DNA from: a virus
Lineage: Duplodnaviria > Caudoviricetes
DNA: 64,000 nt
IMG/VR virus record: IMGVR_UViG_3300013286_000001
Coordinates: 1,007-65,006 of that record
Direction: 5' to 3' (one strand)
Of the stretch, positions 36,862 to 46,740 are shown one piece after another; positions within the stretch are counted from its first letter, which is position 1; every line of letters starts with the position of its first letter. The notes under the pieces were generated by a model. The model did no database searches and was not told where the DNA came from. It was given only the letters and a program-made list of their open reading frames with translations. Both the position numbers and the translations under genes were made by a program.

Positions 36862-37662
36862 ATGGCCAAGCCCTTTAATGCCAGAACAACGCGAGAGCGC
36901 GCCAAAAAGCCAACCATTAGAGTTGGCAAAGCTCTTATCCCGTCGCTTGCGTTAGAGCTTGAATACTATCGAGAAATTTATAACGCGGTATATGAGGCTG
37001 TTGTCGGTGAAGTTTTGCCCTTCAAGCCAGAAGGCTACGCGGAAGACCGGCTAACTGTTAATAGCTTAAAAGCTTTGCAGCGTAAAGCCTACGCGCTAGT
37101 CGCACGGGCAGTAGCCAAAATCAATCGGCATTCAGCTAAATCTACCTGGGCGTCAATCGAAGAGCTAGCCAAGGATAATCTCACTGTGGGTAAAGTGAGT
37201 ATGGAACCTTTATTACAGCAACAGATAGAAACTAACGTAGGGCTAATAACAAATCTCGGCGAAGAAGCTCGGGCTAAACTAACTGCCCTGTATAAAGAGC
37301 ACGGGCCGGATCAAGCAACTATCTACAAAGAGCTAAAGCATATGGTCTGGTACAGGGCCAAGCTTATCGCTCGTGACCAAAATGCCAAAATATTTACTAG
37401 TCTTAACACTTCGCGTATGTTAGAGTCTGGGCTCAAGACTTTTATATGGGACCATTCCTCGGCTGGTAAAACGCCTAGGCCTTGCCACGTTAAGCGCGAT
37501 GGCCACACTTTTCTGCTAACAGGTGGACCGGCTGAATTATATTTTGAAGACGGTAGCGATGCAAATTACGCTTTTGGCGGTAAGCAGGCTGACGCCGGCA
37601 AACCAGGCTGGGCAATCAATTGCCGCTGTCGTATGCGTCCTACAAGTAGCCTAGACGATTAA
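36862..37662 (+). CDS. MuF-like head morphogenesis protein
   Basis: RAKLIARDQ, W.HS, R.CH, PG.AINCRC. Confidence 0.88.
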   Translation: MAKPFNARTTRERAKKPTIRVGKALIPSLALELEYYREIYNAVYEAVVGEVLPFKPEGYAEDRLTVNSLKALQRKAYALVARAVAKINRHSAKSTWASIEELAKDNLTVGKVSMEPLLQQQIETNVGLITNLGEEARAKLTALYKEHGPDQATIYKELKHMVWYRAKLIARDQNAKIFTSLNTSRMLESGLKTFIWDHSSAGKTPRPCHVKRDGHTFLLTGGPAELYFEDGSDANYAFGGKQADAGKPGWAINCRCRMRPTSSLDD

Positions 37663-37783
37663 CCCCTATTTGTTTACCAGAAAAAAAGTTCAGTCTATAA
37701 TTGAGAAAACTTGCCAGCGAAGTAATTCCGGCATATCAATTCTTTGGCAGCTGAAGGAAACAGCTACTCAATTGGAGAACTGC

Positions 37784-38086
37784 GTGGAACACTACGTAGA
37801 CCGTCTGCTAGAGTTTGCGCACTTATGTATGATATCACTTCTTGCAGCTTGCGCAAAAATTTCGTATCAAACACTGCATGGCAAACCTTTTAAGTTTGCT
37901 ACCTTTCTTGCACTTCTTATGGTAGCTGTTTTTGCTGCCTTTCTTGCAGGCACTTTTCTTCCGCCCGATCTTGCCTACCGCGATGGCATAGTCGGTATTG
38001 CCGCTTGGTCTGGTAGCGAGTTTGTTCGAGCAATCGAAACTCGGCTTCTTGCCAAAATAAAAGGTAATGATAATGTCCCTGGTTAG
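37784..38086 (+). CDS. putative holin
   Basis: GTG start after GGAG; 2-3 TM segments; upstream of endolysin. Confidence 0.65.
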   Translation: MEHYVDRLLEFAHLCMISLLAACAKISYQTLHGKPFKFATFLALLMVAVFAAFLAGTFLPPDLAYRDGIVGIAAWSGSEFVRAIETRLLAKIKGNDNVPG

Positions 38087-38414
38087 CTATCTGTACGCTG
38101 TTGCAACAATTCCATTACCGCAATGGGCAGCTAGCATTATAAGCCTAATTGCTATCTGTTATGGCAGTTGGCTTATTGTGCATGCGTACCATGACTGCCC
38201 AAAAGTTTTTGCAGTATTTTCTGTTGCTGGCGCAAGCATGTACTTAATTATGCTTGTTGCCCAACTCATGGACGCAGTAGCAAATACCACCAGTCAAGAT
38301 AGCGTTATAGCTACTGGCTTTTGTCAAGCGGCGCCAGTCCGTGTGCTTTACGATCTTTTTATGGCGTCAATAAACTTAATGGTCTTACGCGCATTACATA
38401 ACGCGCATAAGTAA
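38067..38414 (+). CDS. membrane protein (holin/antiholin candidate)
   Basis: Three hydrophobic segments within the lysis cassette. Confidence 0.6.
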   Translation: MIMSLVSYLYAVATIPLPQWAASIISLIAICYGSWLIVHAYHDCPKVFAVFSVAGASMYLIMLVAQLMDAVANTTSQDSVIATGFCQAAPVRVLYDLFMASINLMVLRALHNAHK

Positions 38415-38424
38415 GGAGAATTCT

Positions 38425-38964
38425 TTGGACGCATTAATGCTGTCGCGAGCAATGAGTATTCCGTTAGTCAGAGCGCAAAAGTGGGCACAGCCCCTTACAG
38501 CGGCAATGGAAGATGCGGTCATTAATACTCGATTACGCCAAGCAGCTTTTTTGGCCCAAATTGGCCATGAAACTCTGTCGCTTGTATACGTCAAAGAAAT
38601 TGGCGGTAATACTTACTTTGAAAAGTATGGCAAAGGCGATCTTGCTGCTAAACTCGGTAACCTCACACTTAGCGACGGACCGAAGTTTCCGGGCCGTGGA
38701 TTAATTCAAGTTACTGGCAGAGCAAACTACAAGGCTTGTAGTCTAGCTCTATTTGGTGACACTAGATTGCTGGATACACCTGAGCTTCTTGAAGACCCAC
38801 AGTGGGCCGCAATGTCTGCAGTTTGGTACTGGAAAAAGAATAGCCTGAATAACCTGGCGGATGCTGATCGATTCACAGACTTAACACGCAGAATTAACGG
38901 CGGGGTTAACGGTCTTGAAGATCGTAAGGCCCGATACAAAACCGCTTTATCAGTATTGGTATAA
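38425..38964 (+). CDS. endolysin, glycoside hydrolase family 19
   Basis: AAFLAQIGHE, GRGLIQVTGRANY, TRRINGG.NGLEDR. Confidence 0.93.
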   Translation: MDALMLSRAMSIPLVRAQKWAQPLTAAMEDAVINTRLRQAAFLAQIGHETLSLVYVKEIGGNTYFEKYGKGDLAAKLGNLTLSDGPKFPGRGLIQVTGRANYKACSLALFGDTRLLDTPELLEDPQWAAMSAVWYWKKNSLNNLADADRFTDLTRRINGGVNGLEDRKARYKTALSVLV

Positions 38965-38966
38965 CT

Positions 38967-39497
38967 ATGTCGCCGCTTGATAAGCTATTTCCGTATTTAC
39001 TGGTGGCGGGTTTAATATTTTCCGCGCTGTTTGGTGCTTATTGGTACGGCGGGTCGGTAGAACGCACTAAGTGGGAAGTAAAAGAAGCCAAGCGCAATAC
39101 CGACGATACTGCTGCTAGGCTCGCCGCAGAGACTAAAGCGCGAGAGCTAGAACTAGCTTACAGCATAGCCAACCAGAAGGTAGTAGCAGATGGCCAACAA
39201 CAAATTGATAGTATTAAAGCTTTGCTTGATTCCGCTAACGCTAAGTCTACTGGCGTGCAGCAACGGGCAGACCAGCTTGCTAACAAACTTGCCAACAGTT
39301 CAAGAAGCCTCAATTCCTGCACTGCCGCAGCAAGCAAGACAGCTGCCGATACCGCAAGAGTACTCGCCGACGTATTTAGTTTGGCTGACTCAGCAGCGGG
39401 AGTCTTGGCTGAAGCTGCTGAACAAGCAAGGACTCGCGGACTAACATGCGAAAAAGCTTATGATAGTCTTGTTGCTAACAGCAAACAAAAGAAGTAG
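38967..39497 (+). CDS. i-spanin (Rz-like, DUF2514 type)
   Basis: N-terminal TM, coiled coil, RGLTCEKAYD end. Confidence 0.85.
   Translation: MSPLDKLFPYLLVAGLIFSALFGAYWYGGSVERTKWEVKEAKRNTDDTAARLAAETKARELELAYSIANQKVVADGQQQIDSIKALLDSANAKSTGVQQRADQLANKLANSSRSLNSCTAAASKTAADTARVLADVFSLADSAAGVLAEAAEQARTRGLTCEKAYDSLVANSKQKK
39190..39444 (+). CDS. o-spanin (Rz1-like lipoprotein) embedded in +1 frame of the i-spanin
   Basis: Signal peptide with lipobox LLAC and Pro-rich mature part. Confidence 0.75.
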   Translation: MANNKLIVLKLCLIPLTLSLLACSNGQTSLLTNLPTVQEASIPALPQQARQLPIPQEYSPTYLVWLTQQRESWLKLLNKQGLAD

Positions 39498-39692
39498 GGA
39501 GCTATTATGCGACGCAGGCTGCTAACGTTTACTTTTTTGTTTATCCTTAACGCAGTGTCAGCCCGCTCAGTTTGCAGACAATATTGAGGACCTGTGGGTT
39601 ACAGTTACCACGAGTAAAAAGAGTGTTACCAGCACCGCCAGTCGGAATAGCTTTTTGGTTAAATAAAGTTGGTTGACTTTTAACCCGCAATA

Positions 39693-39721
39693 TTTACAAG
39701 CTGTAACTCTTGGATTAGAAT
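39693..39721 (+). promoter_or_regulatory. sigma70-like promoter for head operon
   Basis: TTTACA-17nt-TAGAAT. Confidence 0.65.
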
Positions 39722-39749
39722 GAAGCCAGTTATTTAGAGTTAGTACCAC

Positions 39750-41069
39750 ATGCGGATTATCTTTGATGCATCGGCTTCACCAAGCTCTCGGCGTCTTGAC
39801 GACAACGGGTTCTTGCACGTTTCCGCATGCCCAATTACTTCTTTTGGCGTATTTGATTACGCCAGAGCAGAAGCGGAACTTCCGGGTGATCCTAATGAAC
39901 TAGTTAAAGTTCTTCGCGCTAAAGAAGTCATTTCTTCTGCCGAATTCATTGCCTCTTGCCAAAATCTTCCAATTGTCAATAACCACACCTATATTGAAGG
40001 TGTGACAGTTGACGCCGAGCCTGGCGAAGAAGACGGCATGGACCCCGATAAAAAGGGTGTTAACGGTGCAATGACCAATGTGCGATTTGATGAAGAGTCG
40101 GGCTGGGTAGTTGCTGATTTAGTATTTTACTCTCGTACAATGATTCGTCTAATCCTATCAAATAAAAAGGTAGAGCTATCCCTTGGCTACACCTGTAAGT
40201 TTGTTCCGCTAGAAGGCCAAGCCGAAGCAGCAGAGCAAACGGATATGTCCGGTAACCACCTAGCTCTGGTGGACCGGGCCCGTGTACCGGGCGCTCGAGT
40301 TCTTGACAGCGCTTTTCCCGACGCATCCCTTGAGGGCAATGAAATGCCAAAACCAGTTGTAGTAAAGAAAACAATGGACGCCGATGCGCTGTCCGCCTTG
40401 CGTGAAGCACTGTTGCCGGCTCTGACTGCTTTTCTCGAAGGTCAAGGCGGCGGCGAGTCTGCAACTGATCCTGCAGCAGACCCGGCCGTCGACCCAGCAG
40501 CTGACCCTGCTGTAGAACTTTCGCCTGAAGAGCAAGCTGCCAAAAAAGCCGCTGAAGAAGCTGCTGCTGCTGAAGCTAACGTTGATCCAGAACCTACTGG
40601 TGACGAAGGCGAGGAGGCCGGCGCAGTCGTTGGCCTGATCCAACAGCTTATTGCTGCCTTAAAAGGTGGTGCTGCTGATCCTGCTGTTGGTGATGAAGGC
40701 AATCTTGATACTGACCCAGTAGACAAACCCACTGGCGACGAAGACGGCGAAGAACAAATTGCTGCCAAGCCTAAAGAAGGTGTAACAATGGACGCTATGT
40801 TTGCAGCTGTTGCAAAACGTGATGAGCTGTATAAGCGTGTTTCTCGTGTGGTCGGTGCTTTTGACTGTGCAGCTATGTCGCACGATAAAGTTGCCAAGTA
40901 TGGCGTTAAAAAACTGGGCATTAAATGCGCAGACGGTCATGAAGTAACTGCACTTGATGCATACTTGCTGGCTACAGACAAGGCGGCAGAAACTGCTGCT
41001 AAACCAAAAATCGTTGGTGACAGCATGCCGTCTAGCACTGAGCTTGACGCGTACCTGGCCGGTAAGTAA
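39750..41069 (+). CDS. prohead protease/scaffold (DUF2213)
   Basis: R..D.NGFL, ELSLGY, NHLALVDRAR, acidic scaffold tail. Confidence 0.9.
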   Translation: MRIIFDASASPSSRRLDDNGFLHVSACPITSFGVFDYARAEAELPGDPNELVKVLRAKEVISSAEFIASCQNLPIVNNHTYIEGVTVDAEPGEEDGMDPDKKGVNGAMTNVRFDEESGWVVADLVFYSRTMIRLILSNKKVELSLGYTCKFVPLEGQAEAAEQTDMSGNHLALVDRARVPGARVLDSAFPDASLEGNEMPKPVVVKKTMDADALSALREALLPALTAFLEGQGGGESATDPAADPAVDPAADPAVELSPEEQAAKKAAEEAAAAEANVDPEPTGDEGEEAGAVVGLIQQLIAALKGGAADPAVGDEGNLDTDPVDKPTGDEDGEEQIAAKPKEGVTMDAMFAAVAKRDELYKRVSRVVGAFDCAAMSHDKVAKYGVKKLGIKCADGHEVTALDAYLLATDKAAETAAKPKIVGDSMPSSTELDAYLAGK

Positions 41070-41080
41070 GGAGAACACCC

Positions 41081-41608
41081 ATGTCGTTTCAAACTACGGT
41101 CGGCTTTCGCAATACCAGCGGTTTCCTGGGCCAAATCATCCGTGAAGTGCCAAGTGTTGTAAAGGTATGGCGCTTGAGCAGCCAAACTGCTGTGCCAAAC
41201 ACCTTCGGTAAAGCATTTACTGCATCGCCAGAAGTTGTTACTACCCCAGAAATGGGCCTTCAAGCGATCAAAGTTGCTGCAGTAGGCGGTACTGCGGCGT
41301 TTGCAGGCATCTTGGTCAATCCAAGCGAATTTGCAAATTCTGGCTCGGCCGCTGGCACGCTAGCACCAAACTTGAACCTGCCAGCTTACTCACGCACAGA
41401 ACTCATGACTGAAGGCGAAGCTGTTGTTTCGTTTGCAACTGCTGTTGCGTACGGCGACGGCGTAGCGTTTGATCCAGCAACCGGCGCACTTGTTGCTCCT
41501 GGCGCGGGCATGACTACTATTGTTGGCGCAATGGTGACTAACACCATCACTGCTGCTGGCTTGACTACCATCAGTCTTGCGAAGCTGCCAACTCCAGCCT
41601 CCGCTTAA
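41081..41608 (+). CDS. head decoration / minor capsid protein
   Basis: Between protease and MCP; FGKAF, FAGILVNP. Confidence 0.75.
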   Translation: MSFQTTVGFRNTSGFLGQIIREVPSVVKVWRLSSQTAVPNTFGKAFTASPEVVTTPEMGLQAIKVAAVGGTAAFAGILVNPSEFANSGSAAGTLAPNLNLPAYSRTELMTEGEAVVSFATAVAYGDGVAFDPATGALVAPGAGMTTIVGAMVTNTITAAGLTTISLAKLPTPASA

Positions 41609-41669
41609 TAACCATCTAGTCGCCGCACTTTACGCGCACCCACAGTGCGGCGACAATAAGGAGCAAAAT

Positions 41670-42767
41670 ATGAGCAAAGTTCACAGTCATTTGAAAGCTA
41701 CGGACGTTCGTGCTTTCAATATGGTCACAATTGGCGACCAAGCCGTGCAGTCTCTCGCACGTCTGGGCATCCATATTGACCCAGCCATCGTGCATCGTCA
41801 AGTGCGGGCTCTGTCGGTAGGCGACTCCTCGTTTGTTGCGCCGGTTACCCAGGGTTCCATTACTACCCCAATCCAGTTCCTGCAGGCTTGGCTCCCAGGT
41901 TTTGTGCAGGTAATTACCGCTGCCCGCAAAATCGACCAGTGCATCGGCATCACCACTGTGGGTAACTTCCACGATGCCGAAGTTGTGCAGGGTATTGTTG
42001 AGCCAGCCAACTCGGCTACCGAGTACGGCGACTACAACGCTATCCCGCTGGCTGAGCTGAACGTCAACTTCGAGCGTCGTTCGATTGTTCGCGGTGAACA
42101 CGGTATGTCGGTAGCCTTGCTGGAAGAAAAACGCGCATCAGCCATGAACCTGAACGTCGCTGAGCAAAAGCGTCAAGCTGCTGCAATCGGCCTGGAAATC
42201 ATGCGTAACGCGATTGGTTTTGGCGGTTGGTTTGCTGGTAACAACCGTACTTTTGGTATCCTGAACGACCCGTTCCTGCCCGCTTACGTGGCAGTTGCCG
42301 GTGCAGCTTGGGCCACCAAAGACGCCTTGGCAATCATGTCCGACATTCGTACTGCGATTGCTCGCCTGCGTACTCAGTCTCAAGACAACATCGATCCTGA
42401 AAACGTTGATATGGTTCTGCTGATTGCCACCTCCTGCGTCGATTACCTGTCGGCCGTTACCATCAACGGCGTATCGGTTCGTGATTGGCTGACTCAAACC
42501 TACAAGCGTATTCGTATTGAATCCGCTCCACAGCTGAACGCAGTTAACGCCGGTGCAAACGGTTTCTACCTGTACGCCGAGAACGTTGACAACTCGATCG
42601 ACGGTTCTACCGATGGTGGCATGGTGTTCAAGCAATTGGTAGTCAGCAAGTTCATGACTATCGGCGTAGAGAAAAAGGTAAAGCGCTACGTGGAAGACTT
42701 TGCCAACGCCACTGCTGGTGCGCTCTGTGCTCGGCCTTATGCAGTAGTGCGTTTTTCGGGTATCTAA
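41670..42767 (+). CDS. major capsid protein (DUF2184 type)
   Basis: AAGGAG RBS; EYGD, FGILNDP, GALCARPYAVVRFSGI; strongly biased codons. Confidence 0.9.
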   Translation: MSKVHSHLKATDVRAFNMVTIGDQAVQSLARLGIHIDPAIVHRQVRALSVGDSSFVAPVTQGSITTPIQFLQAWLPGFVQVITAARKIDQCIGITTVGNFHDAEVVQGIVEPANSATEYGDYNAIPLAELNVNFERRSIVRGEHGMSVALLEEKRASAMNLNVAEQKRQAAAIGLEIMRNAIGFGGWFAGNNRTFGILNDPFLPAYVAVAGAAWATKDALAIMSDIRTAIARLRTQSQDNIDPENVDMVLLIATSCVDYLSAVTINGVSVRDWLTQTYKRIRIESAPQLNAVNAGANGFYLYAENVDNSIDGSTDGGMVFKQLVVSKFMTIGVEKKVKRYVEDFANATAGALCARPYAVVRFSGI

Positions 42768-42789
42768 CGAAAACTGCTGCTAAGGTAAA

Positions 42790-42818
42790 TAAAAGGGGAT
42801 TTTATCCCCTTTTATTTT
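42790..42818 (+). terminator. intrinsic terminator after MCP
   Basis: aaaagggga-tttta-tccccttt-tatttt. Confidence 0.85.
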
Positions 42819-42945
42819 ATCACACGACTATAGCTTTTATTTACTAAATAAATCAACCACAGGTTTATTCCCAATAGGTTTACTTAATAATCTGCTCTGG
42901 GCTATAATAAACCTGTTAAAACCCCCCAAAGGTAAAGGACTTTTT

Positions 42946-43383
42946 ATGTCTAAGTACGTACTTTCTACAGCCACTTGCAGTCAGCGATTTGTTGACTATC
43001 ATCTTGGTGCAAACGGCGGTGTGCATTCGGTGCTCAAAGAAGTGCTGATTAAAGGCGGTGCAAACTCGCCCAGCTCTACCAGCGGCTTTGGCGATCTTGC
43101 CAATACTGAAGGCGGTCAACCGCTGTGGACTCCGCAGGGCTGCGTCACTACTATCACCGATGAAGAAGCAAAGTTTCTTGAGTCGCATGAAGGTTTTCAG
43201 GCTGCAGTTAAGCGCGGCTTTTATACTGTCATGGATAAGAATCCGGGCGATAGCCACTCCAAGCTGGCCAAAATCGTTGAAAGCGATATGACCAAAAAAG
43301 ATGGTTCTGCGCCGCTCAACAAAGAAACGCTTAAAGGCGCCGTCAAAGTCACTACTAAATTGAAAGTAGACGACGAGGAATAA
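42946..43383 (+). CDS. conserved virion-associated protein
   Basis: V.IKGGAN, TPQG..T motif; promoter TTTACT-18-TATAAT at 42879-42908. Confidence 0.75.
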   Translation: MSKYVLSTATCSQRFVDYHLGANGGVHSVLKEVLIKGGANSPSSTSGFGDLANTEGGQPLWTPQGCVTTITDEEAKFLESHEGFQAAVKRGFYTVMDKNPGDSHSKLAKIVESDMTKKDGSAPLNKETLKGAVKVTTKLKVDDEE

Positions 43384-43386
43384 GTA

Positions 43387-43827
43387 ATGGCCGTAGCACT
43401 CGACATTCCAGCGTTTAGAGCAATGTTTCCGTTATTTGCTAACGAGACCACTTACCCTGATTTGCTCATAACAATGTACTGGGCGCAAGCTAAGTGCATG
43501 ATGGATGACGAGTGCTACGACGGTTGTTTACCGTCCGGCGATTGCGCTGAAATTCACATGTATTTGCTACTTGCGCACTTTTTGTCACTGCATAAAAACA
43601 TCATGCGCAATAAGCAAGGTGGTTTTGTCAGTAGCTCTACGGTAGATAAAGTATCGGTAACTAAGGTTACTCCACCCGTAGTAGATATGTTTGACTGGTG
43701 GATGTCACAATCGCCTTTTGGTCAGCAGCTTTTGGCTTTGCTACTGGTAGACTCGGTAGGCGGCTTTAGCGTTGGCGGACTGCCCGAGCGTCAAGGTTTC
43801 CGCAAAGTGTACGGCACTTTTGAATGA
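43387..43827 (+). CDS. head-tail adaptor (DUF4054)
   Basis: FRAMFP.F, LLLAH, S.TVDKVSV, W..SPFGQQL. Confidence 0.85.
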   Translation: MAVALDIPAFRAMFPLFANETTYPDLLITMYWAQAKCMMDDECYDGCLPSGDCAEIHMYLLLAHFLSLHKNIMRNKQGGFVSSSTVDKVSVTKVTPPVVDMFDWWMSQSPFGQQLLALLLVDSVGGFSVGGLPERQGFRKVYGTFE

Positions 43828-44273
43828 AAAGCAAACTCGAACAACATGCAGAAATTTTGCGTCAACTAGACGGTACAAATACTGACCTAGGTTGGTTCGA
43901 GAATGCTACTTATCCAACTGGCGAAAGTGTTGCTGCTGTAATGATGGCTAACGAAGTTGGTAGTGTTGGTTCGGCCACAAAGGCCCCTACCCCAGCACGT
44001 CCGTTACTGCGGCAGACTGCAGCAGTACTAGACGAAAAAGTTCCGGCCTACATTGAACGCCGAAAAATGGAAATGATGGAAGGTACTCTTTCAGTCGAAG
44101 AATATCGTAAAAAGCTTGGGGAGGCCATGGTAGCTACTGGTCTTGAAGTACTGAAGAAAGGCGATTTTGCCCCTAATGCCGAGTCGACTATTAGGAAAAA
44201 AGGTTTTGACAGACCGCTTGTTGATACCAGTTTGCTCGGGCAGTCACTCACGTACAGGAATGATGCAGAATGA
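43824..44273 (+). CDS. neck / tail completion protein
   Basis: PARP.LR, PNAESTIRKKGFDRPLVDT. Confidence 0.8.
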   Translation: MKSKLEQHAEILRQLDGTNTDLGWFENATYPTGESVAAVMMANEVGSVGSATKAPTPARPLLRQTAAVLDEKVPAYIERRKMEMMEGTLSVEEYRKKLGEAMVATGLEVLKKGDFAPNAESTIRKKGFDRPLVDTSLLGQSLTYRNDAE

Positions 44274-44650
44274 CTAGCGGCGTTCCAGGTTCTAACCTTC
44301 TTGAAGATGCGTTTGAAGCCATTGAAACAATGGAAGTTCTTGTTAGCCATCAAGGCGAACGAATTAAAAATGCTGTTGGCCAGTACGTAACTCCGTTTGA
44401 ATTGCCTGTAGCCTTTGAGGGGAGTGTGCAAGCTGTCAATAGATCCGCTTACCAGCAACTTGGTCTGGACTTTAGCAAAAAATATGCGACTATCTACTTG
44501 TGCGCAGATGTTCATAGTTTTACTCGTAATACATCGGGGGACAGAATAACTGTTGGCACAAAGAATTTTGAAATTGTAAGCGACTTGGACTGGTTTGAAA
44601 TAGACGGTTGGGTAGGTCTTTTGTGTGTCCAGCTGGTACTGCCAATATGA
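44270..44650 (+). CDS. head-closure / neck protein
   Basis: VPGSNLL, GSVQAV, GD.I, DW...DGW. Confidence 0.75.
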   Translation: MTSGVPGSNLLEDAFEAIETMEVLVSHQGERIKNAVGQYVTPFELPVAFEGSVQAVNRSAYQQLGLDFSKKYATIYLCADVHSFTRNTSGDRITVGTKNFEIVSDLDWFEIDGWVGLLCVQLVLPI

Positions 44651-45198
44651 CAGACAACGATGTTATCGCGAAAATTATAGAACTACTAAACGCTAAGTTC
44701 GCTATTTGGCCGTACCCTGTGGGCTACGGCCCGATAGAGGTGCAGCAAAAGCAGCAACCAACAAAGCAAGGTATTCCCTCTGCTCCGGCAATATTTGTAG
44801 AAAAGTTATTCGACCACCGCTACGGTTGGGTTGCTGTTTTGCAGGAAGAAACTTCTGACCCAACAAAGCTGCTAGAAACTGAAAACCAACTATACAACAC
44901 GACGTTTCAAATTTCTGCACTTGCTTTGCAGGACCCCAGCCGAATTGACTTGCCCACAGCTAGTGATCTTTGTAGTGATGCTTGCGCAATCTTGCAAAGC
45001 CGTTACGCACTCCAGAAGTTTACAGAGGCAAAAATTGCAGTCTTCCGCGTTTCTGATGTGCAAAATAACTATATAACTGACGATCAAGACCGTCAGGAAG
45101 CAGAACCTTCTTTTGATATAGTGCTTAGCTACACAAGGACTATTGCTTCACCGATCGACAAAATTGCCAGAGTCGACTGGAAAATTGTACCCGTATAA
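44647..45198 (+). CDS. tail terminator / neck protein
   Basis: MTDND, QPTKQG, TTFQISAL, PSFDI; precedes the sheath. Confidence 0.75.
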   Translation: MTDNDVIAKIIELLNAKFAIWPYPVGYGPIEVQQKQQPTKQGIPSAPAIFVEKLFDHRYGWVAVLQEETSDPTKLLETENQLYNTTFQISALALQDPSRIDLPTASDLCSDACAILQSRYALQKFTEAKIAVFRVSDVQNNYITDDQDRQEAEPSFDIVLSYTRTIASPIDKIARVDWKIVPV

Positions 45199-45216
45199 CT
45201 TCCCGTAGGAGGGAGC

Positions 45217-46740
45217 ATGACTATTTCTATTAAGCGTTACGTCGACATTACGTCTGGTGTTGGCGGTGAAGCCGGCGTGCCTCGACGCGAGTTTGGCTTG
45301 CGTCAATTTACGCAAAATCCACTTGTGCCAGCTGGCGCAGTGGCTTCCTTTACCCAGCTTATAGACGTACAAAAGTATTTTGGCACTGCTGCTGACGAAT
45401 ATAAAGCAGCAGAAAAGTACTTTGGCTTTGTGTCTAAACAAATTACTAGCCCTAAGCGCATGTCTGTTGTTCGCTGGCATCCGGCCGCAGTTGCTCCTGC
45501 AGTATACGGTTCACCAATCTCTGCAGGGGTGAGTGCTTTTGCGGCTATTACAGCAGGCACACTCGCTATTAGCGTCTCTGGTACTGAACCAGCTGAAATA
45601 ACTGCAATTGACTTCAGCGCTGCGCTTACAATGGCAGACATTGCAACAATTTTGCAAACCAAAATACGTACCTCAGCGCTTCCGCAACTTGCGACTGCCA
45701 CTGTGTTGTACGAAACCAACCGCGGTGTTTTGATTCTCACTGGTGCTGTTGCAACGCCAGGTGATACACTGACATTTGAAAACTCCGGTGTTGACGACCT
45801 TGGCGCTATGACAGGCTGGCTCACTGGCTTGCAAGTTAATCAGACTGGCGCGGTCGGTGTAACTGCGCAAGAAGCTGTTGCCAACAGCGCAGACGAGGAC
45901 GATAACTTCGGTTCGTTTGAGTTTACCGGTACTGTTATCCCAACTACCTTACCGGCAATTGTTGCTATTGCAGCTTGGAACCACGCGCAAAACGTTAAGT
46001 TCATCTACTGCCTGGCTGTTAGTGGCGTGGTCGGTGCTTCTTACTCTGCAGCGCTCATTGGCTACAGCGGTACGGCGCTTACTCTGCTGGCAGTTAACGA
46101 TGATGGTAGTGATCATCCGGAACAGATTCCAGCAGAAATCTTGGGTGCTACCAACTTTAACCGCCCAGCAGCTTCGCAAAACTATATGTTCTACCAGTTT
46201 AGCAATCGGCTATTTGCGGTAGACAGCAACCCGGCCGCAGACACTTGGGACGCTTTGCGGGTAAACTATATTGGTCGTACGCAGACCGGCGGCCAAAAAC
46301 TTGCCTTTTACCAAAAAGGCTACTTGATGGGCGACTCTACTGCGCCTATTGACATGGCTGTTTATACCGGCGAGATGTGGCTTAAGGATGCTTTTGTTAG
46401 CACAATTATGGGCGGCTTTTTGGCACTGCCTAGCATGCCAGCAAACGCAGAAGGCCGTATCACGCTGTTGAGTCTGTTGCAAGACCCAATAGACCAGGCC
46501 TTGACTAACGGCGTTATCTCTGTTGATAAAGAGTTTGATGCTACTCAACGAGCATATATCACTCAGGTCACCGGTAGCTCAGACGCATGGCGCCAGGTTC
46601 AGTCTAAGGGCTATTGGATTGATGCGGCAGTAGTAAAAACAGTTGAAAACGGCATTACTACCTACACTGCTGAATACGTCCTTGTCTACGGCAAGAACGA
46701 CCAGATTCGCAAAGTTACCGGTAGTGACATCTTGATCTAA
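45217..46740 (+). CDS. tail sheath protein (DUF3383)
   Basis: ISIKRYVDITSGVG, YFG...EY.AA..YF, NYMF, IRKV.G.DILI. Confidence 0.9.
   Translation: MTISIKRYVDITSGVGGEAGVPRREFGLRQFTQNPLVPAGAVASFTQLIDVQKYFGTAADEYKAAEKYFGFVSKQITSPKRMSVVRWHPAAVAPAVYGSPISAGVSAFAAITAGTLAISVSGTEPAEITAIDFSAALTMADIATILQTKIRTSALPQLATATVLYETNRGVLILTGAVATPGDTLTFENSGVDDLGAMTGWLTGLQVNQTGAVGVTAQEAVANSADEDDNFGSFEFTGTVIPTTLPAIVAIAAWNHAQNVKFIYCLAVSGVVGASYSAALIGYSGTALTLLAVNDDGSDHPEQIPAEILGATNFNRPAASQNYMFYQFSNRLFAVDSNPAADTWDALRVNYIGRTQTGGQKLAFYQKGYLMGDSTAPIDMAVYTGEMWLKDAFVSTIMGGFLALPSMPANAEGRITLLSLLQDPIDQALTNGVISVDKEFDATQRAYITQVTGSSDAWRQVQSKGYWIDAAVVKTVENGITTYTAEYVLVYGKNDQIRKVTGSDILI

Noticed and set aside
39507-39587. Short ORF with a GGGAG RBS after the spanin
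   Set aside because: Only 26 codons with no recognisable motif; cannot distinguish a small gene from a remnant or chance
40453-40760. DPAA/DPAV repeats in the DUF2213 gene as a DNA repeat element
   Set aside because: Degenerate at codon level; explained by a low-complexity scaffold linker
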